Shown piece after piece: positions 36,781 to 50,933 of a stretch of DNA of 64,000 bases. A program made the position numbers and the translations under genes. This DNA is from Takakia lepidozioides (lineage: Eukaryota > Plantae > Bryophyta). The stretch lies in the NCBI GenBank assembly GCA_030704615.1, contig CM060734.1, positions 29,078,001-29,142,000 on the forward strand, given 5' to 3'. Below the pieces are notes generated by a model. The model saw only the letters and a program-made list of their open reading frames with translations. It did not search any database and had not been told where the DNA came from. How positions within the stretch are numbered: the stretch's first letter is position 1; each line of letters starts with the position of its first letter.

Positions 36781-39700
36781 CACTCTCTCCCCGTCGAAGA
36801 GCGTAGGATTGGCTGAGCCATGCTTTCGAGTAGCTCAGACCCATTTTGCAATAAATGAGAATGTTGGGGACATTGTCACAAAAGAGGAGGTGTGGGAAGT
36901 GGTTGGGGCTCTGTTTTGGCGTGTTCATCATTGTAAGTTTTCAATGACATTTTTACCACCTCTGTCAAGTAGAGGAGGACTTGTCAATAGTTTTTATTTC
37001 TGGCTCTGGTTTTGTTTCCTCTCTCATGTTTTCTTCCACTTTGTCCCATAAGCTCTACGAGCTTTCCGCGGACATTATAAAGCACCATTTCATTTCATTT
37101 CATATGGTCAAGTTCAATTCCATCAATATTTGAGGAGACCTGATGCTGATGTTTTCAATACCTTGGTAAGCTTTGAGGTGCGAGACATTGTAGATCATTT
37201 CATTTCATGTTCCCTTCAGAAGGAAAATTGTGAACTCAATTTACATTATTTTGTTTGTGGGGGACCTGCAGTCTGCACCAGGAATGACAAAATACTGAAA
37301 ATTGGCATGGACTTGGATTATGCTCAGGGCCTTGCACCTCTACTTGCGGTATCGGAGTCTGGCAGTGCTACGTTTATACACTGTAAGCTCTACTGTTCGT
37401 GTGGACAGGTCTCTAACAAAGACTTCTGTTATATAGAATTGTCATGACCATAGTTATATGGAAGCCTTTGCAAAAGAAACAATTGTTTGGCAAATTGTTC
37501 GGTATTCGTATGCTTTTAGTTGGATTGGAAACTTTGTACATGCGACTATCATACATGTACATACGTTCATAAAAAATATTACAACGAACGAAAATCATCC
37601 AGGCATGGAACGATCCTCAGTATCTGTATGAATTTTGTTGGATGCAAAACTTTGCAAGGGCGAACAGTCTCTGTGTACATGCCAAAAAAATGACAACCAA
37701 CAAAATTCATTCAAGTGTGGTTGCTTAGTATTGTTTGGCTTTCGCCCCATTAGAATGGATGGATGATATGGTTGTATATATAATTGTCTTTAATATTTTG
37801 AACTTTTTCCGACTTCACCGTTAATTATAAAATTGAACAATAAAACCACATGTTATCACTTCATCTTACTTCATGTTATCACTTCATCTTACTTCATGTT
37901 ATCACTATATGTTCATTCATTTTCTGCTGTATTTTTGCAACTGAGTTTCACTCCCATATTCCAAGACGAATATGAGCAGTTTGCATTTACATTCAGGACT
38001 GGAGCACCAGCATCCATATGTTGTTGGTGATTGTTTGTTGCTTATTTGCTACATTATACTCAAACTGCTTCAATGTTGCATCGTGGACGTATGACAAATT
38101 TTACTCAATCTTTGCAAATGCCCAATGACGAAATAAATGAAATGCTTCAAATTCATTTTTCTACAGAAGCTTTGTTTGAACTACATGACATACATACTAT
38201 TCATGAATTTGCACAAAACATGACTATAAGTGCTCAAAATGGAAGTTTAGAAGACGACAACTTTGCTGTTGTGTGTTTGGCTAATTATTTGCATTTTCTA
38301 ATACTTGTATGGTCTTGTGTAAATGGAAGAGTTATGTTTACGGCTGTGTGGCTTGTTGTCAAACAAACTTATATTAAACAAAATCTAAATTGATTTTGCT
38401 TTCTGGTGGCTTGTGGTCGAGCAGGTAATTGTGGCATGGAATGGGCTGTGATATCAGAGAACAGTACATTCTCAAAGGATCAATGCATAATGTTAGATGT
38501 TATTCAACCATTTGTTGTTGTGGCAGGTGTATATGACATACGTGCATTAAACAACTCATTTATCAGGGAATTGCTGATTGGCTACAGTTGGAGGTCGCCC
38601 TTGTCCTGTTGTGGCAGTAAGTCTTGTTCGTACATAATTTTATTCTCTTGGTTTCCATCCAGGCCACCAGACAAGCATAGTGTAAGAAGTATGTCACCGA
38701 CTCTTGCTCGTCACACCATGAAGCCATACTTGGGGATCTGAAATTGACTTGGTTATGCTCTGAGGCAAAGTCGGAGCGGACGCGCAATGGCACATATGCG
38801 CAATGATCTATTTGACTTATAAGCTATAAGATAATCAAGGAATTTGGAGTGAAGGAACTGGCTCTACAAAAGTAGTTTATCCTATATTATACATATATCC
38901 TATTGCACCTCTACAAACAACCAAGAGCACTGCTGCATTGCCTCGAAACATGAGTAGACAATAAGTGCCTAAGTTGTTGGGTTTCTGAAGTTAGGACGAT
39001 CAGTTTTCTTCGTAAGACGCGGTGACGGTGATTAAAAATGTGGACGCGTTGTCGAAGCAAGCGTCACTTATGATGTCACTTGACCCCATAGAGCTACTGC
39101 CTTCCGGTAGGAAGGTGGACACCGTAATGACTTCCAACAGGTGGATTGAACCCACAACCACTCGTGAGAGGGTATGTGCCCTTACCACTGGGCTACATGC
39201 TGGTTGTCGACGGTGATTCAGAAAGAAGCTGCAGAACGAGTAACTATATAAGGTACATTTCTCTTTCCTATGCTGGCCCATTATTCTTTTGATTTTGGTG
39301 ATTGAAGCTTCAGTAGTACTAGTGGAGAGAGTTTCAATTGTGATTTTAGAATGGAGAGGACTTGGGAGAGTTTTGTGATTCTACTCAAGTTGACATGCGG
39401 AAGCTGGAAAGAAGCTGTACGCAATTGAGTTATTCGGTAGCCCCTAGCACATCATCTGAAGGGGAGCTAATTATTACAATGTTCAGATGCAGGTGGCGTT
39501 GCTTACTTCTTGGCCATATGTGATGGGCAAGGAGATGTTCTTTTTGAGCTAGACATTTGGGATACTCGCTATTGAGTACAAAGAGGTTATTTACCTTGTT
39601 AGACCATCCCCACCGGTGGCTCGGTATAAGGGTACATCAAGTGCCTTTTATTGAGGCATGTGCGGAGCACGCAAGAAGCTGGGGTGCCTGCAGGCGGAAT

Positions 39701-41307
39701 GCTCCCCACCGCTGCGCGGCAAATCTCACGCCAATCTCCCGCCTCAACCTCTCGCTCGCCAGCGTCTCAAGTGTGGGATGCTCGTTTGACTCCACATCTT
39801 GGCTTGACTCGTCTGACGTTGACTTGCGTGAGAGATAACGGGCCCGGAAGGACACGGCAACGTTCGGGGTCCGCAGCCAATTTGGAACGCACGGAACCTT
39901 CCCGCACGTTGTAACGTGCAGCGGTGGAGCCTGGTTTTTGTGTGTTTATATTCAATCAGTTTGCAGGAATTCCTCTTCTGTATACAATGGTGTAATTTTC
40001 TATAATGCATTCAATTAGAGATCACTTACAATCCATATGCCATAATGCCATGGGCATTGTGACATTATATTGCATCCTCACAAGTGTCCGTACAGGTGAA
40101 AGGATTCGAAGTGCTGCAGCAACTTGGGGGCGAAAAACCCTCACACTCTGAGCACGCAAGGCTGCTCTCACTTGGCGCACTCCCCAATTGACTCCATTTC
40201 GGTTTGTTGGTAGCAGCTCTTCTATCTTATGCTGATGGAGGCGATTGAGTACTACCTGGAAATGTCTAACCCTCCTGTGGTTGGTAACGAGGTAACCTCT
40301 CAGGCATAGGAGATCCCCGTCGTTTCTTCTCTGCCATCTGGAGTGCATAGTCCTCTGCCATGTCAAAAGATTCCTCTGAAGAACCAGTAGTATCAGAATC
40401 ATTGTCCCCCCTTAGGTGTTTTAACGGCTGAACTTTAAGTGGCTTCTCCGGAATCCTGCGTGGCATACAATGTTGGCCCACCATGTCTGGAAGCTTAAAC
40501 TGTACTACTTGTTGTAAGCGCGTGCAAGCAAAATGAGTGAACGCCCTGAACTCCTTAGCCGTATAGGTGAGAGGTGTGCCAATGACTTTGGAACAATGTA
40601 AGTATTTCCAGGCTTCATATCCTTTATAGAAAATATCATCAGGGCCCAATTTCTCTGTTGCCAAGTTGTTCCAAGCCAAATTAAACCATGAACAAAGTTG
40701 GGAATCCTTCTGCATCATGACTTTTGCATCATATAGGTACATATGAGGTGGCACTGAAGGTAAGACCCAATGATTCCCACTGGAATAACTCAGAAATCAT
40801 GATTGCATCTTCTGCTGCTCAATGTGATAACGTGCCATGAAACAAGCAGCATAGTATAAGCCGGGGAATGCTTGCGCGTGAGCCTGGCCGCGTGAGCCTG
40901 TGAGCCTGGCTAGGCTCACGCCACGTCAGCAAGCATCCACGTGTTCAGGCCCTAATTCCGTGCTCCCCCCCCCCCTTTACCGCGGATCAGCTGTCGCCTA
41001 TGTCCTAATTTTTTATCCCTCTTCATGGCCCCCACATGAATATTCTTTGTGGCCGAGAACAATGGCAGGTTTGCGGATGAATTATGATTGAGGTCATGAC
41101 TTTGGAATGAGGAGATCGCCCACTAGAGAACTGAATATTAAAAGCAAACATTTTTTTTGGGCAAAGCAGTACATTCATTCCAACACACAAACATTTTTCA
41201 ATTCCGCAATCCGAAGACCTATCCTAGGCAATCCCTAACTGTACTTACGGGAACGCGCAAAGAACTTGAAAAATAGTTTGGAGATGGAAGCAAAACCAAA
41301 ACACAAT

Positions 41308-44300
41308 TTATTGAGCCTCGGTACTTGAACCTAAAGAAATATTGGAGGTTTCAGAGGAACCACTTCCAGAGTTTACAGCAATATCATCTATGAATACAAC
41401 AGCACATCCATGACGTTTTTTTTTTCCACGACCTTCATGGAGATGCGAATACAGTGTTTGTTCGGATAACACCCGTGCGCAAGCTTCCGCGTAAACCGGC
41501 AAGCGGTTGGATCTAGGGGGCTCGGGGACATGTAGTATCCTTGGAAACCGAAAGGTGTCTGCTGATTCGATGACTGGTGCTGAACTCTGCAAAGCAAGAA
41601 GAGGAATGGTGGTAGATGTTAACATCCAGATATAGACAACGAAAGCCACTATTTCTCGAATGGGAACGACACAAGGAAATGCAACATATTTTGCACGACT
41701 ACACAAGAACTTACTCACACTCAAAATCGGAGTCCACGTCCAGATCCTCGTCAGGCGCTTCGGGCTCGTCCAGAAGTCCCTCTGTGGATGGGGCAGAAGT
41801 AGTGCCCGACTCAAGCTGACAAAGCTCGCTTGAGAAGAGCTCCGTATCAGATTCCATGCCGAAGAAGTGCCTTCCGGCGCTCTTGCAAGCATGAAAACAT
41901 GCTCCTGCAAATCCAAGAAGAACGAAAAATAAAAACAGGGTTTCCCTAAGGTCACTGCCCATATGTCAAACACAATGTGAAGGGCCCCACCTGTGCCCAT
42001 AGACAAGTCAACCACTCGTCCACCATGACGGCTGCATGTCTCCACCAAAGTCTGCATGAAAGCTGGAGATTTCTCCCGTGCACCTCTCCAAGGACACCAA
42101 TCGACCTTTTCATAGTCCGACCCGAGTCGACGTAATTGAAGATAACATCATCCTCCACAGGCTCGCAGGTGGGGTCAATGTGAGCTGCAAGGTCCTTCAA
42201 CTGAAACTCAGCAACACCAGCAGGAAGAGTGTCCTTCCGCCTCACCAGGCACAAAGCTTCGAACACCCGTGTCTGTCAATAATCACGAAGAGAGCATGAG
42301 ACAGAAGACATAACCCACCATTTTGATTTACCGAAAAACCACGAAACATCAATTGAAAGAAACCAACTCACTTTCTGCCCCGGGAACTCGCCCTTCGTAA
42401 GAGGCAGAGTATTGATGCATGTCCAAGTTTTGATGACACGAAACCCGGAAGCTTTCATGTAGCTGAAAAGAGTTCTTCGAGCCGACATGTCCTTTGACTG
42501 CATGAGAAGAAGAGCCCCCGAGTCCGAAAGGAACTTGTTGCTGAACGAGAAAGCCCACTGCCAGTAACGAAAAAACCGATTTGTTCCAAGTCGGGGTCGA
42601 ATTGGAAGGAAACACATCAGGGACAGGAAAACCGTCAGGAATGTCCAGCACCACAAGGTCAGTCGCGTATGCCTGCTGAACTCCATTCACCCATTCCGGA
42701 CTTTTTATGACCTACAGCCAAAAACATGAGACAGTGTAAGAAGCCCAATCCAAATCTAACAGGAGATCAATCCCCTGGACAAGCCACAACAAGCTGCCAA
42801 AACACAATTATTCATACAACAGTTTAGACATAAGTGTTCACCTGAGTGAGGAACGAAACAAGCATGTCCCATGATTTCGAGGGCACCCCTTTGAATGTGG
42901 ACTTCCTGGACTCCATCATTGCAAGAAAACTTTCATTCAGCACCTTACGATTGAACTGGCCCAAAACCCTGGAGGGATGTTCTCTCGCCTCGAAAACTTG
43001 CTCCCTCGACTTTGATGTTCTCCTATCCCTCCTTTGCGGGAGAAGGCTGTCTTTCAGGAACCTCTGACGGTCCCTGTCCTTGCGGAGCTGCACTTTTCCC
43101 CTTCCCCTTCGGATCCCCGACAATCTTCCCCTTTTGTTTTGGAGTAACAGTTTTCTTGGGCTCTTTTGCAGCCAGAGCCGAAATGATTCTGTCATGGATG
43201 TCTTTGTCAGCCAATGGGGCAATCGCTGCGGCATTGTCGTTCAGGTTTCTCAAAACAACTTCATCGAATGGAGTGTCCTGTTTTGGCAGGTCGAGGTACC
43301 ACCCACAGTCTCGGAAGTGCGCCCTGCTCCAGTCTTTGGCAATACCAGCCGTGTACATTGTCTTGTCATTGGAGGGGTCAGCCCATGAATAGATGAAGTC
43401 TGGGTCATCGCTAAGATACTTTCCCGGTATGAGGATATGATACATATACCTGAATCACACACAAAAAACCCAGACAGTCATTCGATCAGAAAACGAAAAA
43501 GAACACACATCCGGAAAAAGATATTGAAATGCAGGAAGGCAACACTGAGAAATCTACTTTTGAAATCCCGAATCAACCTTGCGTTGACGCAATGTTCATT
43601 CGAGCAGAAATGGGGAACACCAAATGATAATGTTGTATTGATAGAGACAACGACTGAGAAGCGAAATTCAACATTGCTTCAACGCAAGGTTGTTTTCATT
43701 CAGAGAGGAAATGGAAAACACTGCCTGAAAACTACCATCTGACTATGTACTGGTGCGGATATTCAACATTGCGTTGGCGCAATGTTGAAATCCTCTGTTG
43801 AAACACATGTCAATGCTATCTGATAATGATAAGTTTCCTACAATTGTATGGAAATCGGGGGATGGCTGCGGGAAATTTCCAGCAATCCATACCGCCAAAC
43901 AACCTTGCGTCAACGTAAGTCTGTTTGTTGGTACAGTGAAAGCTGTAAATAGCATTTCAAACCGACTCCAAACAGTCTTATGTTCATCTTGGCAGCATTG
44001 GAACTAGATTTGAACTGCCCAAAATCACAGGAAAAGCTACATAGCCTGTCACTTCATCAACCTTGCGTTGACGCAAGGCTGATTTTCCTGTCAGTTTATC
44101 CCCTTTCACATTCAGAAAACGGCATTATGGGATACCCAGGTATAGGTAAGTGAAACCAGGACAATGGGAAACAACCTTGCGTTAACGCAATGTTGCTCGA
44201 CTGCACATGCAGAGCCCTCAGAGATCTCGCAAAGCACTGCAAATTCGCAATTCTTTATGGAAAGAACGACACAAGATTGCAGAAACATGCCCTTCAAGCA

Positions 44301-46040
44301 CCAATTTTGATTCAAGGAGGTCACACCTGTACAACACTCGCTTCATTGCTTGCTCGCTGTTGTACTGGTTTTTGAATTCGTAAGACCTGGAGATTCCTTT
44401 CTCTTTCTCAAACTCCCTGAAGAAGCAGTTGTTCCAGACAGCGAGCTTCCATCTCCTGATATAGGCCTCCAGTGTGATCCGGGGGCAAGCCATCTGGATT
44501 TTGTAGTCTGCCATCGACTCAGCAAGTGCAGCCACTGCACGTTTTTCTAACTGCAACAAGAAAGCTCGTAAGAATTTAGGAGAGGTTACGAGCAACACAA
44601 ATGTCTGAAAATGGTTTGGTGGAAACCTTACCTGGCTCCAGAATGTGGCTTTGTGTAGCCACTGGTCGAATGTGTGGTCGCTAACAACTCTTATTGCTTG
44701 TGTCTTCGGGTCCCTCTCTGGAGTTGGGAACATGTTCGTGTCTCTCACAAGAGGATCCGAATTCCATATCTCCAACCACCTGATTTTGGTTGCATTGTCC
44801 ACCATTGAAATGGAAAGGCGATGTAGTTTCTCTTGAGTCATTTCTGGCTTGGAGCCATACTTGTCATAGTGTGCTTTCACCTGCTCCAGAAATTCCGTGC
44901 CAAGACCTGGGTCTGCTATCCGGATCTGTTTGTCGAATGCACTCATGAGGTTCTTCCTTTGATTATTCATCTCGAACTTCATCATGTCCTCAAGCCCAGT
45001 TGCAGACCGCTGCTCTTCTGTGTGGGAATCATAGTACTCTGCTTTCGCCTTCAATCCAGTTTCTGTTATTTCTTGCTGCATACATTACAGGTAAAAAGAA
45101 TCAAACACTGGAATTTCTTCACAAAATTTGCAGTAACAACAGGCAAACAGGTGTCAAAAAGCTTACAGTGTACATGTAGTCAAGAAAAGCCTCCCTTGTC
45201 AAGCTGTACCATGTGCTTGTCTTCTTATCAGCACACCTCTTCATCTGCTGAGGATTGAGCACGTTCGTGAATGACTCCAGTGGCATCAGCCCTACCTTCT
45301 GGATGCGGAATAGAGTGTGGCATAGGTTGGTCGTCACATGAGATGTTTCATTGGACCTGGAAAAACCTTCAACTCATAAGATGATTTCAAATTGTCGAAA
45401 CAAGGAACAGACACAAAGTTGGAAACTTACTTGTTTATGTCGTGCATGGCTGTCAAGAGCTGCGTGACACGTCCTTTGTGATCGAGAACCATGGAAACCA
45501 CGCTCCAGTGCCATTCGATGTCGTCTGAGTGCAAGCTTGAAATGTAATCCATCCAGGCAAGCAGTCTGTGGTTCCCATCCCAGACAAAAAACATCTTTCC
45601 CATGAATGCTTTTGTGGAGGCCTTTTTGGACAGCTTAAACTTGAACTCCCTGTTTACATCCCGCCAGCATGCATCCCAACCTTGCTCAATGTCCTCTGTT
45701 ACAAGACACTCCTCTCCTTTCGTGTTCATAGTGGATACGTAGAACACTGCTGATCCCTTGACATAGCCGTGAACAAAGTCGTTCTTCAACTTTGTTATAT
45801 CATTCCTCAATGCCGGTCGAACAGCGGGCATGGAGATCATCCTGCACAGCGGAATGACCAGGTTTCCGCCGGGAACCTCCATCGACAGAATCACCTTCAA
45901 CGAGTTCATTTTTTGCCCACCCATTATCTTCTCAGCCTTGTCTTCATAGTTTCCCTCCAATGAGTCTTCCTCACCTTCACCTTCTGACGCGGCCAAATCT
46001 TCCCCCTCGGATTTCCTTTTTCTTTTCCTCTGCACAGAAT
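41308..46040 (-). CDS. Multi-exon ParB/Srx-like + beta-class amino-DNA methyltransferase-like protein (about 9 exons, some frameshifts)
   Basis: LVIPLCRMISM..FFVWDGNHRLLAW (45430-46040); LVVLDIPDG (~42650); FLSDSGALLL; EKSPAFMQTLVETCS..RVVDLSMGTG, intron, ACFHACKSAGRHFFGMESD; GTAAG donors at ~45430, 45165, 44632. Confidence 0.8.
43573..44195. repeat. Intronic 26-bp palindrome array (TCAACCTTGCGTYRACGCAAGGTTGA), 6 copies
   Basis: Copies at ~43573, 43668, 43763, 43900, 44057, 44172. Confidence 0.9.
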
Positions 46041-46076
46041 GAATTATCTGTGAGTGACAGATTGAGCACCCATGGA

Positions 46077-46598
46077 TCAACCTTGCTTTGACGCAAGGTT
46101 GATTATGGGGATGTAGTTTAGACTGAAAGGCATACAGGAAAGACTTTTGAAGCAAAAAAATGCTTTGCGTTGACGCAGGGTTCTTTTGGGAGCTTCAACT
46201 AATCAACTTTCCCTACCTTACAGTTCAGGGTATGAGAGATCGGACGCTTCCATTGAACAAAAAATCATCAAAACCAGCCTTGCGTCAACGCAATGTTGAT
46301 TCCTGTGCGGCATCTGTTCGTTTCACTAGAAATTCTAACATACACCATGGAGGTTGGCATCAACCTTGCGTTGACGCAAGGTTGATTGCAAGCTCTCGGA
46401 TCGGTGTTGAACAACACAAAAGCTACAGGAAAAGGAGATTGCTGTCTCTGCTTCTTCTTCAAACTTGATGATGCGTCGCAAGCATCCATGTCTGTCTAGC
46501 TTGATTGTAGTGCAGCATCTGCACTGTTTTGATGCCCAATATATACACTTAGGAGGTCGACTTCAACCTTGCGTTGACGCAAGGTTGATGTCGACCTC
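46077..46598. repeat. Same 26-bp palindrome, 5 copies upstream of the ParB exon
   Basis: Copies at ~46077, 46159, 46274, 46360, 46563; the last extends to a 46-bp near-perfect palindrome (46553-46598). Confidence 0.9.
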
Positions 46599-46603
46599 AA
46601 TGC

Positions 46604-47242
46604 TTAGCAAGAACCAGACAGAATCAGAGAGAGAGAAAGAGAGTTCATAGCCACCTCCGGTTTCTTCTTTGCACTTGATGATGCTCCTGACGCATTCAAT
46701 CTTTCCATGTGTCTGGAGGTAGCATGCTTCCAAGGAGGTCCCGATGGTGCAAAACAAGGGCAGACGGCATCGTTTCCGCGTCCGCGTTTGTTCTCCCTGC
46801 TCTTGAAGACCTGTTTCTCTACTCGCAGTGCTTTCTCCCGAGCCCAGCTCACTTCCTCGTCCTCCCCCCCTTCTATTGGAGGTTGCTCATCGGTCGCCTC
46901 CGGGATCACTTGAAGACCTTCCTCTCCACACTGCGGTTGCAGAATCCTGTTTTGCCCTTCGTCTTCCTCTACGCCGGATGTTTCTTCTCCCATTCTAAGT
47001 TCCCGTCTCGCCTTCCTCATCCTCTCCTTAGCGCGGGCCCTTTGCTTGTTTGATGTGAAATAAAGTGTTCTTCGACGCTTGCTTCTCCCTCGGAATGGGG
47101 TCACCGTCTCTGCAGAATCCAGGGTTGCAAAGACAATTAGGAGAGGAGGGAAAGGAGATTCTGCAAGCCGGAGCGATAACCTGCAATTCTCTGTGAGGAC
47201 GCCAAAAACTTCCGCTCCCACACAATTTGCATTCACAAGCAC
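46604..47242 (-). CDS. Basic/acidic low-complexity ORF; possibly a 5' exon of the ParB-MTase gene
   Basis: KQRARAKERMRKARRE (NLS-like) and an acidic tract; same strand as, and upstream of, the ParB exon. Confidence 0.3.
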   Translation of the reverse strand: MLVNANCVGAEVFGVLTENCRLSLRLAESPFPPLLIVFATLDSAETVTPFRGRSKRRRTLYFTSNKQRARAKERMRKARRELRMGEETSGVEEDEGQNRILQPQCGEEGLQVIPEATDEQPPIEGGEDEEVSWAREKALRVEKQVFKSRENKRGRGNDAVCPCFAPSGPPWKHATSRHMERLNASGASSSAKKKPEVAMNSLSLSLILSGSC

Positions 47243-47282
47243 TGTCGGACTGTGAACTCTACTTTATGAAACAACATCGACA

Positions 47283-50200
47283 TATGGCCTCCCAGGCCAT
47301 GGGCTCCCTTGACGCGGACTTCTTCAGTGAGGACCACCCTGTGCCATTTTCTTACGAGGTGGAAGATGATGGTTTTGCGCTGGTGCATGAACACGTCCTC
47401 GCAACGCAGTTTCGGTTGGAAAATGGAACTCTATTCCTTCAAAGGGAAGTGTACGATGCCAATGGAAAACTGCTCAAGTACGTGTTTCCAAACCTTCGCA
47501 TACTGCCCAGCCACACAATGGAGAGTGCCTCCAGGCAGATACAGGGTGCTCAGTGCTCCTCTGAGACAGTCTGCAGGATCTTTCGTACTCCTGGCACGGC
47601 AGCATCAGTGGCCCAGGAGAAAACACCCGTGGTTGTCAAGAAGGAGACCGGTACCGTTAACCTGTAGTTTAGCTTTCGGACTCATCCTCCGATGACACAT
47701 GTGCAATACCCCGCCCGTGGATCAGCCATGTCCACATGTAGAAGCAGATGTGGAGGAGATCACCAGTGTCATTCCTAAACTGAAAGCCATGGGTGGGATG
47801 GCAGGATTCAAGAGTGAGTTGAGGGGGATAGACTGGAGCACTTTCAATATTCAGAGGGTGGCATTCTTGCCGGAATCTTTTGATGGTAATACTGTTTTCG
47901 AGCTGCCTCCTCCTGGTCGCGTGGGGGGCATTTCCAGTCTCCTGGAAGGAATGGACAAAAAGCACGATGGGCACCCTTGGTGCCGCACAAAAACCTCCAA
48001 TATTCACAACAACGACAACCTCATATTCAGGCGAAATCTGTAATGGCACCTGAAATGCGAGAACATGAAATGCAGACACTTCGCATTGTCAGGTGTGCAA
48101 AACCAAAGCGAATGGGATGGTGTCAGTGAGAATCCATTCAAGCCTGGGGTGACACCACATACAGTAACACTTTTGTGTGCAAGTTCTGTAGGGTACCACC
48201 TTTGCTGCCTTGCTTTGTGTGGCGCCAGAATGTATTATGTGGTGCATCGATTCAAAACCCTGACTAGAGCCTGTGTCCATTTCGGTTTTCACACCCACCC
48301 TTGTCCAAGGGGGATTATAGGAGAGCGTTGACACAGTCTCGCGTCTGATAAGGCAAGAGTTGGATACCAATCCAACTGGAACCACATTTGCAATTGCCAT
48401 GGGGGCGAGCAAGTCCTTTCTGGAAAGCCGTATTCTGTGTGCATCAAATTCGGTTGGAGGAATACTGGAGGGATCGGCTTTGGACACTGTTATGGACCAT
48501 TTCCTCAACTTTGACTTCTCTCAAACATTAGGAATCAGGTGAACGCTTTAAGAATGGGCTCTGGGAGCCGAGGTTATATGGACAATATTATGGATTTGAA
48601 GAAAAGGAGCATGTATGACTACATCCAAGACAGCGTTTTCCCGGGACAAGGAGCCAGGAAAGTGTTCTTGTTCAAAATGTCCACAAAAGGTGAGGGCAGC
48701 GGGTTAAACGTATGCAGAAGGGTGGCGATCTTGGCAACTGCTATCCTTATGTTCGATCATGTCAAGGGTTTAAAGACTGGACCACAATGGCATGTCATGT
48801 TTACGACCCTGTGTACTAGCGGGTCATGACAATTGCAGTGTGTGACATGCAGTCAGAGGACCCAGATTCACAACAGCTCATGTGGGAAGCTCTCATTCGA
48901 GTTATGGCCTCCAATGGTCTCCCATCTCCCAATTTCGTTGGTTTCATGGCCGATAGTGCTCAAGCTAACTTCAACGCTGTCCGCATTGTGTTCGGGACGG
49001 GAGACCCAAATGGCCAATGCCTGGAAGAGAACGTACATGTCTTTTTTCCATTGGACACAATCCCTGGACAAACACACAAAGACATACATCAAGCCAGATA
49101 TGCAGACTATGCATCGCCAACTGGCAACCAGTACAAAGACGCCAAAACTATGGGGAAGCGAATACATTGTTCAGACAATTCGTGCCTGGTGGTACTCATC
49201 TGAAGCGGCATCGAAGGACACATGAGGGCACTGCAAGACTGGTTCGCATTTTTGGCACTTCCGTTCCGACAGTGGGGAGCGGCCATGACAACGGTGAGTG
49301 GTTTGTATTCACCTTCGTTTGGGTGCTTCGGATATATCTTTCAGGGTCCAATCCTAATCGGCTTTCTGTTTTTTGCCTTGCAGCATATGTCCATTGAGGA
49401 GATGGCGGACATGCCTTCTTGCAATCTTGCAGAGACATGCACAATGCCTGGTTGCAGCAATCCGGCAAAAAAGGGAGAGATTTGTTATGCGGCGACGGCC
49501 GATGACCTCATTCGTGCTCTGCAGCAGCAACCAGATATAGGTCATTCTTGAGGTGTGCCTTGTGGCAAAGGTCGGACAGGAGCGAGTTGATGTTGCGGGC
49601 AGCTGGAAGATCAGGGGATCCCAGCAAAATTCGCGGGCAGTGAGCATATGTGCAAATGGCACCCCTCTCGTGGGAAGAGTTCCCCATCTTGAAGGCTAAG
49701 AGAGATTCGGGCTTGCCAACGGAAATGGACACCCCTCCGTGATCTGATTCAGATTCCCATAGGGCGGCACAGGGTGAACTTCTCGCGCCACGTGTTCCCG
49801 TGGATCAAGATGGAATTGGCGGAACAATCCACCTGTGAGGGCTACTCTGGCCCCAGACCGACCCCTGCATCAAGCATTGTCACCGCAATGGTGAAGACCA
49901 GAACGTGGTGCCGCATTAATCGAGTCCATGGGCTTGGACAGGTTTGGCTATAGAATGACCAGTGCTGGATCTCGTGTGAAATGCACGGTGATCAGGGCCA
50001 CCAATCATGAAAAATGTACATCATTAATCTCCAGAGGGAAAGAACGCACTGCAGCTCCTACATTCACGGGTTTGTTTCTCCCTTACGGACAAGGCGAGGC
50101 AAAGAACCACAAGTTCTGGTTCTGCGCTGACGATTGTGGGAGATGTGTGCATGGTACAGTGAGGCCTTCCGTGGTAAGGAAGCCTACTCCACCAACCGTG

Positions 50201-50754
50201 TGGCCTGTGAAGATGGGCACAGGTCTCACTCACCGAGAGATCGCAATGCTGGAAGAGGCGGGTTTCTCCCTAGCCAGACATTCCATTGCACGTGAAGGTG
50301 CTTCAAGTGGAAGCGGTTCACGGGTACCTCCGCCTGACGCTCACTTGTGGCCAACCAAACGGAATGGGAAGCTGGTTCGACGATTCCTTCCAACCGCAGA
50401 ACACTACGGCAAAATTGAGTCCGCCAGAATGCTTCACGCTTGTGTTGCGGGAACAATGGAAGTGCCTGATCCAGGATATGGTCGGGTCTTCACCATGATC
50501 TCATCCACATCTGCGCTGCAGGACAGGACGTACGAAATCACTGTTTCCAATTTTCCCAATTGTACATGTCCTGATTTTGTTGGTATGCTTTCAGTAGTTT
50601 GGGAAAGAGAGGGAAGTTCATACCGTGCAAACACCTTTACTTCGTCTTCTTGAGAAGGATGGTTTGTGATCCAAAGCGCGACTTCTTCATTCACCAAGCC
50701 ACTATGAGTTTCAACGAAGTCAACACACTTCTACAGCGGGATACAAACCCATAA
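47283..50754 (+). pseudogene. Mutator-like transposase: GCM-like domain, MULE DDE core, SWIM finger (many frameshifts)
   Basis: MDKKHDGHPWCRT; MFDHVK...MTIAVCDMQSED..FVGFMADSAQANFNAVRIVFG..FFHWTQSL; YEITVSNFPNCTCPDF...CKHLYFV (CxC..CxH). Confidence 0.85.
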
Positions 50755-50933
50755 AAATCTGTGTTTTCCTTGACTACAACTTGTAATGGAATGACTGTCA
50801 AGTCCAGTGACTCTCAATGTATGTCGTCTAACATCTTTGCTATGCGTGGGTCAATGCATTTGTCGCATTGGTTTGTCATTCTCTTTTCATTAGCAAACAC
50901 AAGAAACTACCTTCAGATAGACAGATGATCAAA

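Noticed and set aside
37130-38793. Several 60-120 aa ORFs in AT-rich sequence
   Set aside because: No recognisable motifs; cannot support a call.
41308-46040. Bacterial or phage contamination, or a restriction-modification operon
   Set aside because: The gene has GT-AG introns shared between copies and sits within TIRs inside plant retroelements; no restriction enzyme is seen.
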